NCBI GenBank assembly: GCA_963799155.1
Contig: CAWCWB010000017.1
Location: 980-64,979, forward strand
Direction of reading: 5' to 3'
Source: an uncultured Acidobacteriaceae bacterium
GTDB lineage: Bacteria > Acidobacteriota > Terriglobia > Terriglobales > Acidobacteriaceae
DNA length: 64,000 nt
Positions 53,687-63,512 of the stretch are shown one piece after another (position 1 is the stretch's first letter; the number at the start of each line of letters is the position of its first letter). The position numbers and the translations under genes are program-made. Below the pieces are notes generated by a model that was not told the DNA's origin, made no database searches, and saw only the letters and a program-made list of their open reading frames with translations.

Positions 53687-55132
53687 GTGACCAATCAGGT
53701 AGCGAAATCATTTGGACTCATGGTTGTACTTAGCGCTTGTTTCGGCCCCGGTTGCTGGGCCGCCGACTCAACCTGTGATTGCGGGATCGGCCGAGTGGGC
53801 ATGTTCGAGTTTGACGTCCAGGTTCCCCGGCCTACGGGGGATGCCAACGCCATCGTGCGCTATAAGTCGCTGTTCTACATGGCGAAGGAGACAATCATAA
53901 AGATCAGGTCGGACAATTCCTGTCCGCAGGCAGCCCTTGTTGACGGAAACCTGTGGACGCCCAACGGCGCGCCCCGTCTCCGATCCGGCCTGGAAACGCC
54001 TACTTTGCCCCCGCCCGGACGTCTTGATCTCGATTACATCGTCACGGGTCAAGTCACAGGCAGCGCTGGTGCTTATACAGTCGTGGTCCGCATCGAATCT
54101 GGTTATTCGCGCGAAGTGGTCAAGACGGCCTACTACACCCTCAAGGACCCGGGCAAGGGAACCCAGCTTCCGGACTTCGATGCCGCGGTAGATTCTCTCG
54201 CCGGGCAGTTAAGTCCAATTGGCGGCGTCATCACCCAATGGGAGAAAAAGAAACGCGATGCGGATCCCGGCATCGCCCGCAGCCAGCCCGAGGGAACACT
54301 AACGATCCGGCCAGCAAAGAACCAGTTGTATGAGGGCGAGACAACTGATGTCGAGCTCGATCTGGTGGACTGCGACGGCGTGCAGTTGAAGAATCGCACT
54401 GTCCATTTGCTGGCGGGTCAGTGGGAGACTCTGGGGAACCTTGAAGGCACGACGGGCGGGAAAGTACAGCCTTCTGTGGTAGTGACGGACGGTGACGGCA
54501 AGGCTCACGTAAAATTCACGGCGGGCGATCAGCGCGGTCCCGCGACCATCAGGGCCTGGTATGGCCATCACCGGCCCAGCGGCCAACCCAACGCGATCAT
54601 CGGAAAAGCCACCGTGAACATCGGAGCGGATGCGCTTTCATTCCGGACCGTTGTCGACGCGAAGATGCGGGAAGCGGAACTGCAACACAGTGAAACGCAG
54701 CACAGCGTGAGCGTGTACACCCCCACCTCGACTTACGGTTCCTATTGCACTACCGCCATGCAGGCAGGTGACAAGTGTGAGTTTGTGATCTCGTCATTCA
54801 GCGGCACAGCCACTTCCATGTCCCCGCATGGTTCCCACACGGCCAGCTCGAACAGCTTTGGCACTGCAGTTAATGCTGAGATCGTCCGCCTCCCTAAAGG
54901 TGCGACCCTGGAGTTTGGGGTCCCTCCCTTCTCGTACGGAAGTCCAGATCAGGACGACGAACAGTACATCGGCATTTGTGCCGACCAGGCATGGGTACCG
55001 ATGAAGTTCACCCTCAGCGAAGACGAATTCCTGCATTTCTCAACCATTCAGAAGACATTCTCCATCAGCTCGCCCCTCGGTGTGAACAATTGCACCGGTT
55101 CTGGAACCATTGTCCTGACCGGACAGCATTGA
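53687..55132 (+). CDS. Hypothetical lipoprotein with a bacterial Ig-like (Big_1/invasin-type) domain
   Basis: GTG at 53687 after GGAGG; lipobox VVLSAC. The segment TIRPAKNQLYEGETTDVELDLVDCDGVQLKNRTVHLL..VTDGDGKAHVKFTAGDQRGPATIRA is Big_1-like. Confidence 0.55.
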   Translation: MTNQVAKSFGLMVVLSACFGPGCWAADSTCDCGIGRVGMFEFDVQVPRPTGDANAIVRYKSLFYMAKETIIKIRSDNSCPQAALVDGNLWTPNGAPRLRSGLETPTLPPPGRLDLDYIVTGQVTGSAGAYTVVVRIESGYSREVVKTAYYTLKDPGKGTQLPDFDAAVDSLAGQLSPIGGVITQWEKKKRDADPGIARSQPEGTLTIRPAKNQLYEGETTDVELDLVDCDGVQLKNRTVHLLAGQWETLGNLEGTTGGKVQPSVVVTDGDGKAHVKFTAGDQRGPATIRAWYGHHRPSGQPNAIIGKATVNIGADALSFRTVVDAKMREAELQHSETQHSVSVYTPTSTYGSYCTTAMQAGDKCEFVISSFSGTATSMSPHGSHTASSNSFGTAVNAEIVRLPKGATLEFGVPPFSYGSPDQDDEQYIGICADQAWVPMKFTLSEDEFLHFSTIQKTFSISSPLGVNNCTGSGTIVLTGQH

Positions 55133-55184
55133 ACGGAATCGCAATCGGCAGCGCAAGAACGGGGCGCCTGCCGAGACTCGGGAC

Positions 55185-56438
55185 CTACTTCTTTACGACC
55201 TCCACGCGCCGGTTCTGCGAGCGGCCCAGCTCGGTGTCGTTGCTGGCCACGGGACGGCTCGCGCCGAATCCCTGGGTTGTCAACCGGTTCGCATTCACCC
55301 CGGCGGCGACCAAGTAGGTTTTGACGGAGATCGCTCGCTTTTCAGAGAGCGCCTGGTTGTGGGCGTCGCTGCCCGTGTTATCGGTGTGTCCTTCGATGGA
55401 AAAGTTCCACGAGGGCTGGTCGTGCGCAGTAGCCACGAGCGCGTCCAGCGTGGGTTTGGATTCGTCCTTGAGGTGGTCGGAATCGGTGTCAAAGAGAATC
55501 CCGTAGAGGCGAGCACGACCGTTACTCTGGAGCTCCTGCTCGACCGCATTGCCGGTTCCCGGCTTCCAGTACGGGCATGAGCCAACGTCGCGGGAGACTC
55601 GCGTGCCGTGCCAGCTTCCCCCAGGGCCTGCGTTGGTGTCGCCTTCGTGCCACCAGAAGCCAGTAAACGACTGGCCGTCGTCAGCGAAGGTGAGCATCGC
55701 CGGGCCGCCATGGCGTTCACCGCCAGCCGGGCCTTCGCTCCAGGTGAAGCGGAGCACCCTGCCGTCAAATCCGCCGTTTTCGATCAGCCCGTCAGCATAC
55801 TCATAACATCCGTTCACCGTGGCGCCGGTTTGCTGCATGTGGAAGTCTCCGTAATCCGAAGAAAAAGTGCCGGAGTTGTCGGCCAGTGCTGGTTGAACGA
55901 GCGGTTTGCCATAGGCGTAGACATCCATGATTTCCATGTACTGGTCGTCGCCCCAGTTGCTGAGTACCGTCAGCCTCAGGTAGCGCCCGGCGGCTGGCGC
56001 CTTCAGCACGAACTTCTGGTGGTCCATGACCGGCGCCAAAGACGGCGCGGCGATTTGTGTGAAGCCTCCGTCCTTGCGGTCGGAGATCTCCACCTTTACA
56101 TCCTTCGCTCCGCGTCCCCGGTTTTCGACTTGGGCAGTATCGAAGCCGAGACTGGTGATTTGGCTCCTGACTGCAAGCTCAAATACGAAGACCTTGGGCG
56201 TGAGGTCACCGGCCGGGGTGGCCCAACCCGAGTTTGTCAGCTCGTCGAGCAGTGCATCGGGCGACCAGTTACCACTTTCGGCATAGGACGGCGGCGCCTG
56301 CACGATGAGCGCGCCGGCGCCCCAGGACAGCAGGTTGACCGGAGTCGCGCCACTTTGGGCTCGAGCCGGGGATTTGGGTTGTAACAATAGGAATGCGCAA
56401 GAGAGTACGATGCATGCGGAGGTCCCGGAAAATTTCAT
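55185..56438 (-). CDS. OmpA-family protein with N-terminal discoidin/F5-F8-type-C-like domain
   Basis: Signal peptide MKFSGTSACIVLSCAFLLL. C-terminus reads IEGHTDNTGSDAHNQALSEKRA..ELGRSQNRRVEVVKK. Confidence 0.8.
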   Translation of the reverse strand: MKFSGTSACIVLSCAFLLLQPKSPARAQSGATPVNLLSWGAGALIVQAPPSYAESGNWSPDALLDELTNSGWATPAGDLTPKVFVFELAVRSQITSLGFDTAQVENRGRGAKDVKVEISDRKDGGFTQIAAPSLAPVMDHQKFVLKAPAAGRYLRLTVLSNWGDDQYMEIMDVYAYGKPLVQPALADNSGTFSSDYGDFHMQQTGATVNGCYEYADGLIENGGFDGRVLRFTWSEGPAGGERHGGPAMLTFADDGQSFTGFWWHEGDTNAGPGGSWHGTRVSRDVGSCPYWKPGTGNAVEQELQSNGRARLYGILFDTDSDHLKDESKPTLDALVATAHDQPSWNFSIEGHTDNTGSDAHNQALSEKRAISVKTYLVAAGVNANRLTTQGFGASRPVASNDTELGRSQNRRVEVVKK

Positions 56439-57044
56439 AGAATCCCCCTGAGCAGGGGAGTTTAGTTCCCTTGATCATGCAGGTCAAGGCATATCGGGGC
56501 TCGGGACCCGACCCGGCCCAGGGGGTGCATCGCCGCGCTCTTTGTTGTTCGGAAGAGCGGAGAAGGTTGCAGCATGACGGAAAGTCATGCCCTGATACAA
56601 GGCAGCATCAGGGATCAGGGAACCGGGGGCAAGTCAGTAAGCCAGCGCGTTAGCAAGCCGGCGAGGCCTCCCACCCCCCTTTGGGGGGTTCGTTGGGAGT
56701 GGGAGATTTGCGGTTGTGGTACTCCAGCCTGGGCGCAAAGACAAAAGCGCGTCGGTTAGAATACAGGCACCCAGCTCAGTTGATGGCAAGGGGAATTAGC
56801 AGCATTTGGGCCGAATGGGCTACGGAGAGATTCTTCGAAGATGAGCAAAACGAATCAGACACGACTCTGGGACCAGCCCACAATCACCAAAGAACCTGGT
56901 GCAGAAGCCCTCAGGCGCGGGGAAAGCGGTGGGGTGTGACTGGTCGTATCGGCTGAAGCCATCGCGAGTCCAGTCCATTCGACAATGGGAAGCTTGCTCC
57001 GGAACAAGCAGCAGTTAACGAAATGGAAGTCAGAGGAACCTCCT

Positions 57045-57923
57045 ATGAATTCGAAACTCATCGTCACTTCGGCAATCTTGACGCTGGCGCTTGGAATGGC
57101 CGCTCCAGCCTCGGCGCAGGATCAGAGGCAAGGCAACAAGCAAGGTCAACCGAATCAGCCGCAACAGCACGCCCAGCAACAGCCGGCGCAGCGGCAACAG
57201 CCAGCGCCGCAGCAGCACGCCCAGCAACAGCCGGCGCAGCGGCAACAGCCAGCGCCGCAGCAGCACGCCCAGCAACGGCCGGCGCAGCGGCAACAGCCAG
57301 CGCCGCAACAGCACGCCCAACAACCGCCAGCGCAGCGGCAACAGCCTGCACCGCAGCAGCACGCCCAGCAACCGCCGGCGCAGCGGCAACAGCCTGCACC
57401 GCAGCAGCACGCCCAGCGACCGCCGGCGCAGCGGCAACAGCCTGCACCGCAGCAGCACGCCCAGCAACCGCCGGCGCAGCGGCAACAGCCTGCACCGCAG
57501 CAGCACGCCCAGCAACCGCCGGCGCAGCGGCAACAACAGCAACCTCAGCGCAATGCAGCGCAGCAGCATACCGAGCAGACCACCTGGCAAAATCATCGCG
57601 CAGGAAATTGGCAGACCGACCACCGCACCTGGCAACAACGGGGCGGGTACAACGGCTACCGTGTCCCTGACGCCCGGTACAACGTCTACTTTGGGCCGCG
57701 GAATGTGTTTCGGATCTACGGTCTTCCCTTCATGGTTTTTGATGGATACCCACGTTTCCAGTACAACGGCTATTGGATTACGCTTCTCGACCCATGGCCG
57801 GGAAACTGGTCGAATGACTGGTATGACACCGACGACGTCTACGTGGTTTACGAGAACGACGGTTATTACCTGTACGACGACAGATATCCGGGCATCGGAA
57901 TTGCGATCAGCATCTCGATGTAA
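57045..57923 (+). CDS. Secreted Gln/Pro-rich repeat protein with aromatic-rich C-terminal domain
   Basis: MNSKLIVTSAILTLALGMAAPASAQ, then eight copies of QQHAQQ(Q/P)PAQRQQPAP, then a W/Y-rich ~130-aa domain. Confidence 0.65.
   Translation: MNSKLIVTSAILTLALGMAAPASAQDQRQGNKQGQPNQPQQHAQQQPAQRQQPAPQQHAQQQPAQRQQPAPQQHAQQRPAQRQQPAPQQHAQQPPAQRQQPAPQQHAQQPPAQRQQPAPQQHAQRPPAQRQQPAPQQHAQQPPAQRQQPAPQQHAQQPPAQRQQQQPQRNAAQQHTEQTTWQNHRAGNWQTDHRTWQQRGGYNGYRVPDARYNVYFGPRNVFRIYGLPFMVFDGYPRFQYNGYWITLLDPWPGNWSNDWYDTDDVYVVYENDGYYLYDDRYPGIGIAISISM
57162..57535. repeat. Tandem 48-bp repeat, about 8 units
   Basis: cagcagcacgcccagcaacagccggcgcagcggcaacagccagcgccg and variants. Confidence 0.9.
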
Positions 57924-58230
57924 TGACGCTGAGTGCGCGCCGTTCTTGCAGTGGCAGGACCGGTGGCGGGCTCAGGGCAGGCTTTCGACTGTGTTCGGTG
58001 CACAATTGGCGGCGATTGTGCGCCGACTTGCGCTCAGCATGATAATACAGACGGATGTGTTCGTGGCCTCCCATCCATCGCGCGATGGAGTTGCGCGATG
58101 GATGGGGTCCCCCTGGTTAAACTAAGCTACTTTGTCTATCTATAATGTCCTGCCCCTTCCGAGGCAGGGACGCTGGAGTTGTCAGTTCTCAGTTGTCAGC
58201 TTTCAGCAATTCCCGGGTTGCAATCGATTG

Positions 58231-59667
58231 CTAACTCATGAAGCCGAGGTAGGGGTTGGACCCGAAGTTGCCGAAGTTGGGGAAAACGGTGCGGATCTGG
58301 CTGTCGGAGAGGCCGAACCAACTGGCGAGGGTGCCGGCGTATTGCTCGACAGAGGTGGTGGGAATGAGGCGGCCCGCACCGAGGTCGTTGGTCTGATCGA
58401 CGCCGACCACGGGATATTGGCCGTACATGTTCTGGCCCTGCACCGCGCCGCCGACGACGAAGTGGTGGCTGCCCCAGCCATGGTCAGTGCCGTTGGAGTT
58501 CGAGGTGAGGGTACGCCCGAAGTCGGAGATGGTGAACGAGGTGACGTTGTTGCTGAGGCCCATGCCGACCATGAGGCCATCGAAGTACTGGAAGGCTGCG
58601 CCGAGCTGGGTGAGGAGCTGGGCGTGTTGTACGGCCTGGTTGTTGTGGGTGTCAAAGCTGCCGAGCTGGACGTAGAAGATTTGGCGGGTGACGCCGAGCG
58701 AGGCGCGGCCGGCAATGATGCGGGCGACGGTCTGCAAGGAAGTGGCGAGGGGGTTGTCGGCGAGCATGTTGGTCATGGGGTCGAGATACTGCGGGGGATT
58801 GGCGACGCCTGCCGCGCCTGCCGGAGCCATGGCCGTGGCGAGCATGGACTGCGCCTGCATGGAGCGGTTGATGACGATTTGATACTCCTGAGCAAAGAGA
58901 TTGGTTTCGTCGGCGGTGAGGATGGAGTTGAGCGGATTGGCCGCTGAGGGCAGGCCAAAGGGCGGCTGGGCGAGGCCGTAGATGGGGATCGGACCGGCGG
59001 AGGTGACGTTGAGCTGAAACGAGGTTTGCCCGGCGAGGAAGAGCGCGTTGCCTGCGGTGGAGATGCAGGTGAACATGGAGTTGGAGTTCATGTTCATGGC
59101 CTCGATGGCGTCGGCCACGGCGCCGCCCCAGCCCACGCGCTCGCCGCTGCCGAGATTGGAGGCAATGGCCTGCCATGCGGCGGTTTGATCGAAGTGCGAG
59201 AACAGCGAATCGGGGAGAGGGACAGTGTTGGAGTTGATCTCGGTTTTGGTTGCCGGCGCAATGAGGGTTCCGGTGTTAGCGACGATGGCGGCGCGGCCGG
59301 CGTTGAAGAGAGCTTGCACGCCGGCGAGAGAAGGATTGAGCGCGAAGGTGCGGCCACTCTGCGGAGTCTGGAGTGTGATGGGCAGCAGCTCGGAGAGCGG
59401 ATAGGCGAGGCCGGGCGCGCCGGAGCGGGCGGAGGTGAAGGCAGCATAGGAGTCAGGATCGGTGGCGATCACGGTGCCGTGACCGTCATTGCCACCCTGC
59501 AGATAGACACAGACGAGAGCTCGATAGTCTGTTCCGGTGCTCTCCTGCGCCATGGCGGCCAGAGAGTTGAGCTCGAGCAGAAACGGGCTGACGTAGATGC
59601 CGGCCATGGAGGCCATGGAGGCGGTGCGGAGGAATTGGCGGCGGGTTTGGTGACATGTGCAGCTCAT
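58231..59667 (-). CDS. DUF1501-family (sulfatase-like) Tat-exported protein
   Basis: Reads TRRQFLRTASMASMAG.., LQGGNDGHGT, DFGRTLTSNSNGTDHGWGSHHFVVGG. Confidence 0.85.
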   Translation of the reverse strand: MSCTCHQTRRQFLRTASMASMAGIYVSPFLLELNSLAAMAQESTGTDYRALVCVYLQGGNDGHGTVIATDPDSYAAFTSARSGAPGLAYPLSELLPITLQTPQSGRTFALNPSLAGVQALFNAGRAAIVANTGTLIAPATKTEINSNTVPLPDSLFSHFDQTAAWQAIASNLGSGERVGWGGAVADAIEAMNMNSNSMFTCISTAGNALFLAGQTSFQLNVTSAGPIPIYGLAQPPFGLPSAANPLNSILTADETNLFAQEYQIVINRSMQAQSMLATAMAPAGAAGVANPPQYLDPMTNMLADNPLATSLQTVARIIAGRASLGVTRQIFYVQLGSFDTHNNQAVQHAQLLTQLGAAFQYFDGLMVGMGLSNNVTSFTISDFGRTLTSNSNGTDHGWGSHHFVVGGAVQGQNMYGQYPVVGVDQTNDLGAGRLIPTTSVEQYAGTLASWFGLSDSQIRTVFPNFGNFGSNPYLGFMS

Positions 59668-59676
59668 GGCTGGCTC

Positions 59677-62562
59677 CTATTGCTGCGCGGCGAAGTCGGG
59701 CGACGCCACGGTGAGATATATGGCTGTTTGCACGCGCGCGAGAAGCGCGGCGTTGATTGCGTTCTGATCGCCGGTGGGTATGGGGATGGCGGTGATGGCG
59801 GCGAGAATCTGGTTGTAGAGAGTCGAGGACATCTGGCCGGACATGAGCAGCAGATTGATGCGGTCGAGCAACTGATCGGGTGTTGCGGCCAGGGTCATTT
59901 CAGTGGAGTAGGACGAGAAGACGTCAGGACCGCCAGTGGCGTTAGCGCCGATGGCGCTTTGCATGTAGTTGATGTAGCCGACCACGGTGGAAACATTGGT
60001 CATCTGCATCTCCGGCGCGAGCAGGCCGGCGGCGGAGATCGGCGTGTTGGGGGGCGTGTAGCCGGGGGCGAACCAGTTGAAGACGGTGGGCGAGCGGAGC
60101 CACATCTCGCCGAGGCCGTAGATGGGATCTTCGGTGCTGCCGATGTCGAACGAGCCGGTGCGCGATTGCGCGGTGAAGGCCCGCGCCCACTCTGTGTAGC
60201 GCAGCAGAGACTCGCGAACCTTGCCGTATTGCGGATTGCCGACGTCGGTGGCGGAGTCGCGCGCCTCGGGGTCCATGAGGATGGCGGTGATGACGGCCTG
60301 CAGATTGCCGCGCACGCCGGTGCCGTCGTTCTTGAAGACCTGCGCGACGCGATTGACGTAGGCGGGGCTGGGATTGCTGGTGACCAGGTGCTGGATCATC
60401 TGCTTGGAGAAGAAGGCGGGCAGATTGGGGTGGTTGAACAAGCGTGTCGAGAGCGATCTTGAGATCGCCGTTGGGGTCGGGGCTGCCTGATGCGGGAATG
60501 GTGACGCCGAGGAATTGCTTTTGCGACCGTGGAGTGGTGGTTGGGGAAGCTCTGCATGGGCAGCAGCTCTTCGCCGTAGCCGGGGCCGACGTAAAGGCAG
60601 CAGTTGGACCAGGCGTTGTCACTCGAGTCGCCGGGGATGTTCCAACTGAAGCCGGTGAAGACCGCGGCCAGGCCCATGACGTCGGTGTTCGAATAGGTGG
60701 GGATGGGCTTGCCGTTGCGATCCGAGCTGCTGCGAGCCGTCGTCGTTCAACTGCCAGAGGCCGATGGTGAAGAGCTGCATGACTTCGCGCGCGTAGTTCT
60801 CATCGGGATCGGTGGTGGCGTTGCCCTTGTCGTTGCCGAGCATGGAAAGGAACTGGCCCATCATCGGGCTGAGGGTGACGTCCTGCAGGAGCTGGCGGAA
60901 GTTGCCGAAGGCGTCGTTGCCGAGCATGTCGTAATAGCTGGCCTCGCCGCGCGGCATGCTTTGAATCGCGGTGGTGTTGTCGCTGGAGATGACGAAGAGT
61001 TGCGAGAGGGCGTACTTGACGCGCTGGCGGAGCTCGTCGGGCGCGGTGAGCGATTGCTGCCAGAAGGTATCCTGCACCAGGCCTTCGTCGGAGCTGTTCT
61101 GCACAAAGAGCGCGGCGTTGCACTTGACGTCGCCGGAGGCGCAGGGCGGGTTGTTGACGATCAGCGCCTGCTCGACGGCGGGCTCCGAGGGCGTGGGTGG
61201 CATGGCGAATTGCTCGTTGAGCCACGCCTGGTAGCCGTTCAAGCGAAAGGTGATGGATGTCGGCGTCGGTTGCGCCGAAAGTGGCCTGCTCAAGGAAGCG
61301 CGCCGCGTCCTTCGGGCTGACGACGGGAGTGGGCGGCGTGCCGCTGACTGTGGCGATGAGATCGGCCGATGTGGCGGGGCCGGGGCGGGATTGAGGACCT
61401 GCAGATCGAGATTGCCGGGCTCGGCGAGATCGACGTTGGCAGTCAATTGCGATCCGCTGTTGAAGGTGGTCGGCGCGGGAGCGCCGTTGACGAGGACCTG
61501 CGCGCCGTTGATGAATTGCTGGCCAGTGAGCACGATGGTCGCCGGTCCGGGATCGAAGGCCATGGGCGTGGCGGCGGTGAGAATCGGGATAGGATTCATC
61601 ACCGAGATGTTCTGCGAGATGGAGACCGCAGGATTGTCGACGCTGGTGATGGTGAGCTGGACGATGTTGCTCGGGGTGGGAACAACGGGCGGCGCGGTGT
61701 AGGTGATGGAGCCATCGGCGTTCGAGACCGCCGTGCCAACCACGGCATTGCCGCCGGCGATGCCATTCACCTGCAACGTGACGGCGGGATTATCGGTTCC
61801 ATTGACCATTAAGCCAAGGTTGAGCGAGTTCGATACGCGGACGTCCGTGCCGGAGTTTGGCTCGAGTGGCAGCACCACCTGGCCGGGGCCGACCACGAGG
61901 GAAAGCGGAGTTGCGGTCGCCGATCCGGGATTGGGATTGGTGACGGTCAGCGGATAGGTGCCGGGATTGGGAGCGGAGATTTGCGCCACCAGTTGCGTGG
62001 CGGAGACATAGGTCGTGGGAACGAATACGCCGTTCCAACTGATCTGGGCGCCGTAGACAAACTGCGATCCATTCACCGTGACGGTTGTGGTGCCCTCTGA
62101 GAATCCATTTGGAGTGACTGTGCCGAGCGTGGGAATGGGGTTCCAAACCTGGACCGAGATTGAGCCTGGCGTTGCGGTGGGGTATTGGGCGATGGAGCTG
62201 GTGATCTGGACCGTATAGGGATTGGGAACGACGGCGGGAGCGGTGTAAAGTCCGGTGTTGCTGATGGTGCCGATCTCAGAGTTGCCGCCGGGAATTCCGT
62301 TGACATAGAACGTCATGGCCTGTCCGGAGGCAACATAGCTGGAGGTGAGCTGCAGCGTTTGATTGACCCGGACGGTGTTGCTGGGAGCGCCGATGGCCGC
62401 GATGGTGTTCAGATCGACGGCGATCGATCCGCCGCCGCAACCTGTCATGAGGTAGGCGAACGGAATCAGCGAAGCGACAAGGAGGAATGACGCCCAGAGA
62501 GACGCAGTCGTTGGCTGAGGACTGCGTGGGGGCAGGGATGCGCGAAAACACGCCACTCGCAT
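59677..62562 (-). pseudogene. Lipoprotein with repeated IPT/TIG-like Ig domains fused to DUF1800; at least five frameshifts
   Basis: Lipobox LMTGC, then about 5 Ig-like repeats. The DUF1800 part is split over frames: TSADLIATVSG..AARFLEQATFGATDADIHH, then NGYQAWLNEQ..DENYAREVMQLFTIGLWQLNDDGSQQL, then DRNGKPIPTYSNTDVMGLAAVFTGFSW..HSTVAK, then QFLGVTIPASGSPDPNGDLKIALDTL, then FNHPNLPAFFSKQMIQHL.. Shifts lie near 61388, 61243, 60722, 60520 and 60440. Confidence 0.75.
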
Positions 62563-62829
62563 AGGTGCTCCTAGACGGGGAACTCCAAGGCAGGCAAATG
62601 CTGATCGACAAAGGAGGCAGGGGAAGAGAAAACCATCAAATTAGTTTCTGAGGTTATCGAAGTCACCTATGAAAAGCAAACTAAAATACGGTAAAGAATT
62701 ACCTAGGTAATCTCATGTGGCAGCGGTGTCGGCAGGGCTAGCGAGGTTAGCGGCGTTCGATCTTTGCGATCTCGCTTGGCGTTGGTGAATGTGAGGGCTC
62801 TGTGCGGTGTGTGTTCTTGTGCTGTGGTC

Positions 62830-62847
62830 CAATTGTGACTACAATTG
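62830..62847 (+). promoter_or_regulatory. Palindrome CAATTGT-gact-ACAATTG upstream of dinJ (candidate operator)
   Basis: Read directly. Lies 15 nt upstream of ATG 62863, next to SD GGAGGG. Confidence 0.45.
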
Positions 62848-62862
62848 AGTCGGAGGGTTTGT

Positions 62863-63129
62863 ATGGCAACGGCAGACACATACGTTCGTGCGCGCATCGA
62901 TACGGGGACGAAGGAGCGAGCGGCCGACGCACTTGAGGCGATGGGGTTGTCTATCTCGGACGCAATTCGCCTGCTGATGCTGCGGGTGGCCGATGAGCAG
63001 CGGCTCCCGTTTGAGGTGCGGGTTCCGAATGCGACGACGCGCAAGGCAATTGCCGAGTTGGAGGCCGGCAAGGGCAAGCGGTTCCGGAGCGTGAAGGCGC
63101 TGATGGACGATCTGCATGCGAACGATTGA
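62863..63129 (+). CDS. dinJ: RelB/DinJ-family antitoxin
   Basis: MATADTYVRARIDTGTKERAADALEAMGLSISDAIRLLMLRVADEQRLPFE. Confidence 0.85.
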   Translation: MATADTYVRARIDTGTKERAADALEAMGLSISDAIRLLMLRVADEQRLPFEVRVPNATTRKAIAELEAGKGKRFRSVKALMDDLHAND

Positions 63130-63397
63130 ACGCTCGTCGGCATTCAGGCGCGACTACAAGCGAGAGGCAAGGGGTCAGCACCGGGCGACGCTGGATGACG
63201 ATCTCGTGCCGGTCATCGAGGCTCTGGCGAACGACAAGCCGTTGGAACCGCGGCACCGCGATCATGAACTAAGCGGAGGTTGGAGTGGCTACCGCGAGTG
63301 CCACGTCAAACCCGATTTGCTGCTGATCTATCGGAAGCCTGATCAGGATACGTTGCGACTGGCGAGGCTGGGATCGCACAGCGAGTTGCTTAGGTGA
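63116..63397 (+). CDS. yafQ: YafQ-family (RelE/ParE superfamily) mRNA interferase toxin
   Basis: ..RRDYKRE..HRDHELSGGWSGYRECHVKPDLLLIYRKPDQDTLRLARLGSHSELL. Overlaps dinJ by 14 nt. Confidence 0.85.
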   Translation: MRTIERSSAFRRDYKREARGQHRATLDDDLVPVIEALANDKPLEPRHRDHELSGGWSGYRECHVKPDLLLIYRKPDQDTLRLARLGSHSELLR

Positions 63398-63512
63398 GCG
63401 ATACTGCCTTCCGGCTGGCGGCAATCATCTAGGCGGAGTGCTGGAGGCTGGGGCCGGTAACTTTTGCGCCGGACAAGATAAGGGCAACTTCGTGGGTGCG
63501 GGCGGCGGGCGG

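Noticed and set aside
57023-58125. Alternative-frame and antisense ORFs across the 48-bp repeat (57023-57670, 57030-57638, 57064-57495, 57091-58125)
   Set aside because: These are repeat-induced open frames. Only the frame with a signal peptide and a non-repetitive C-terminal domain (57045-57923) is plausible.
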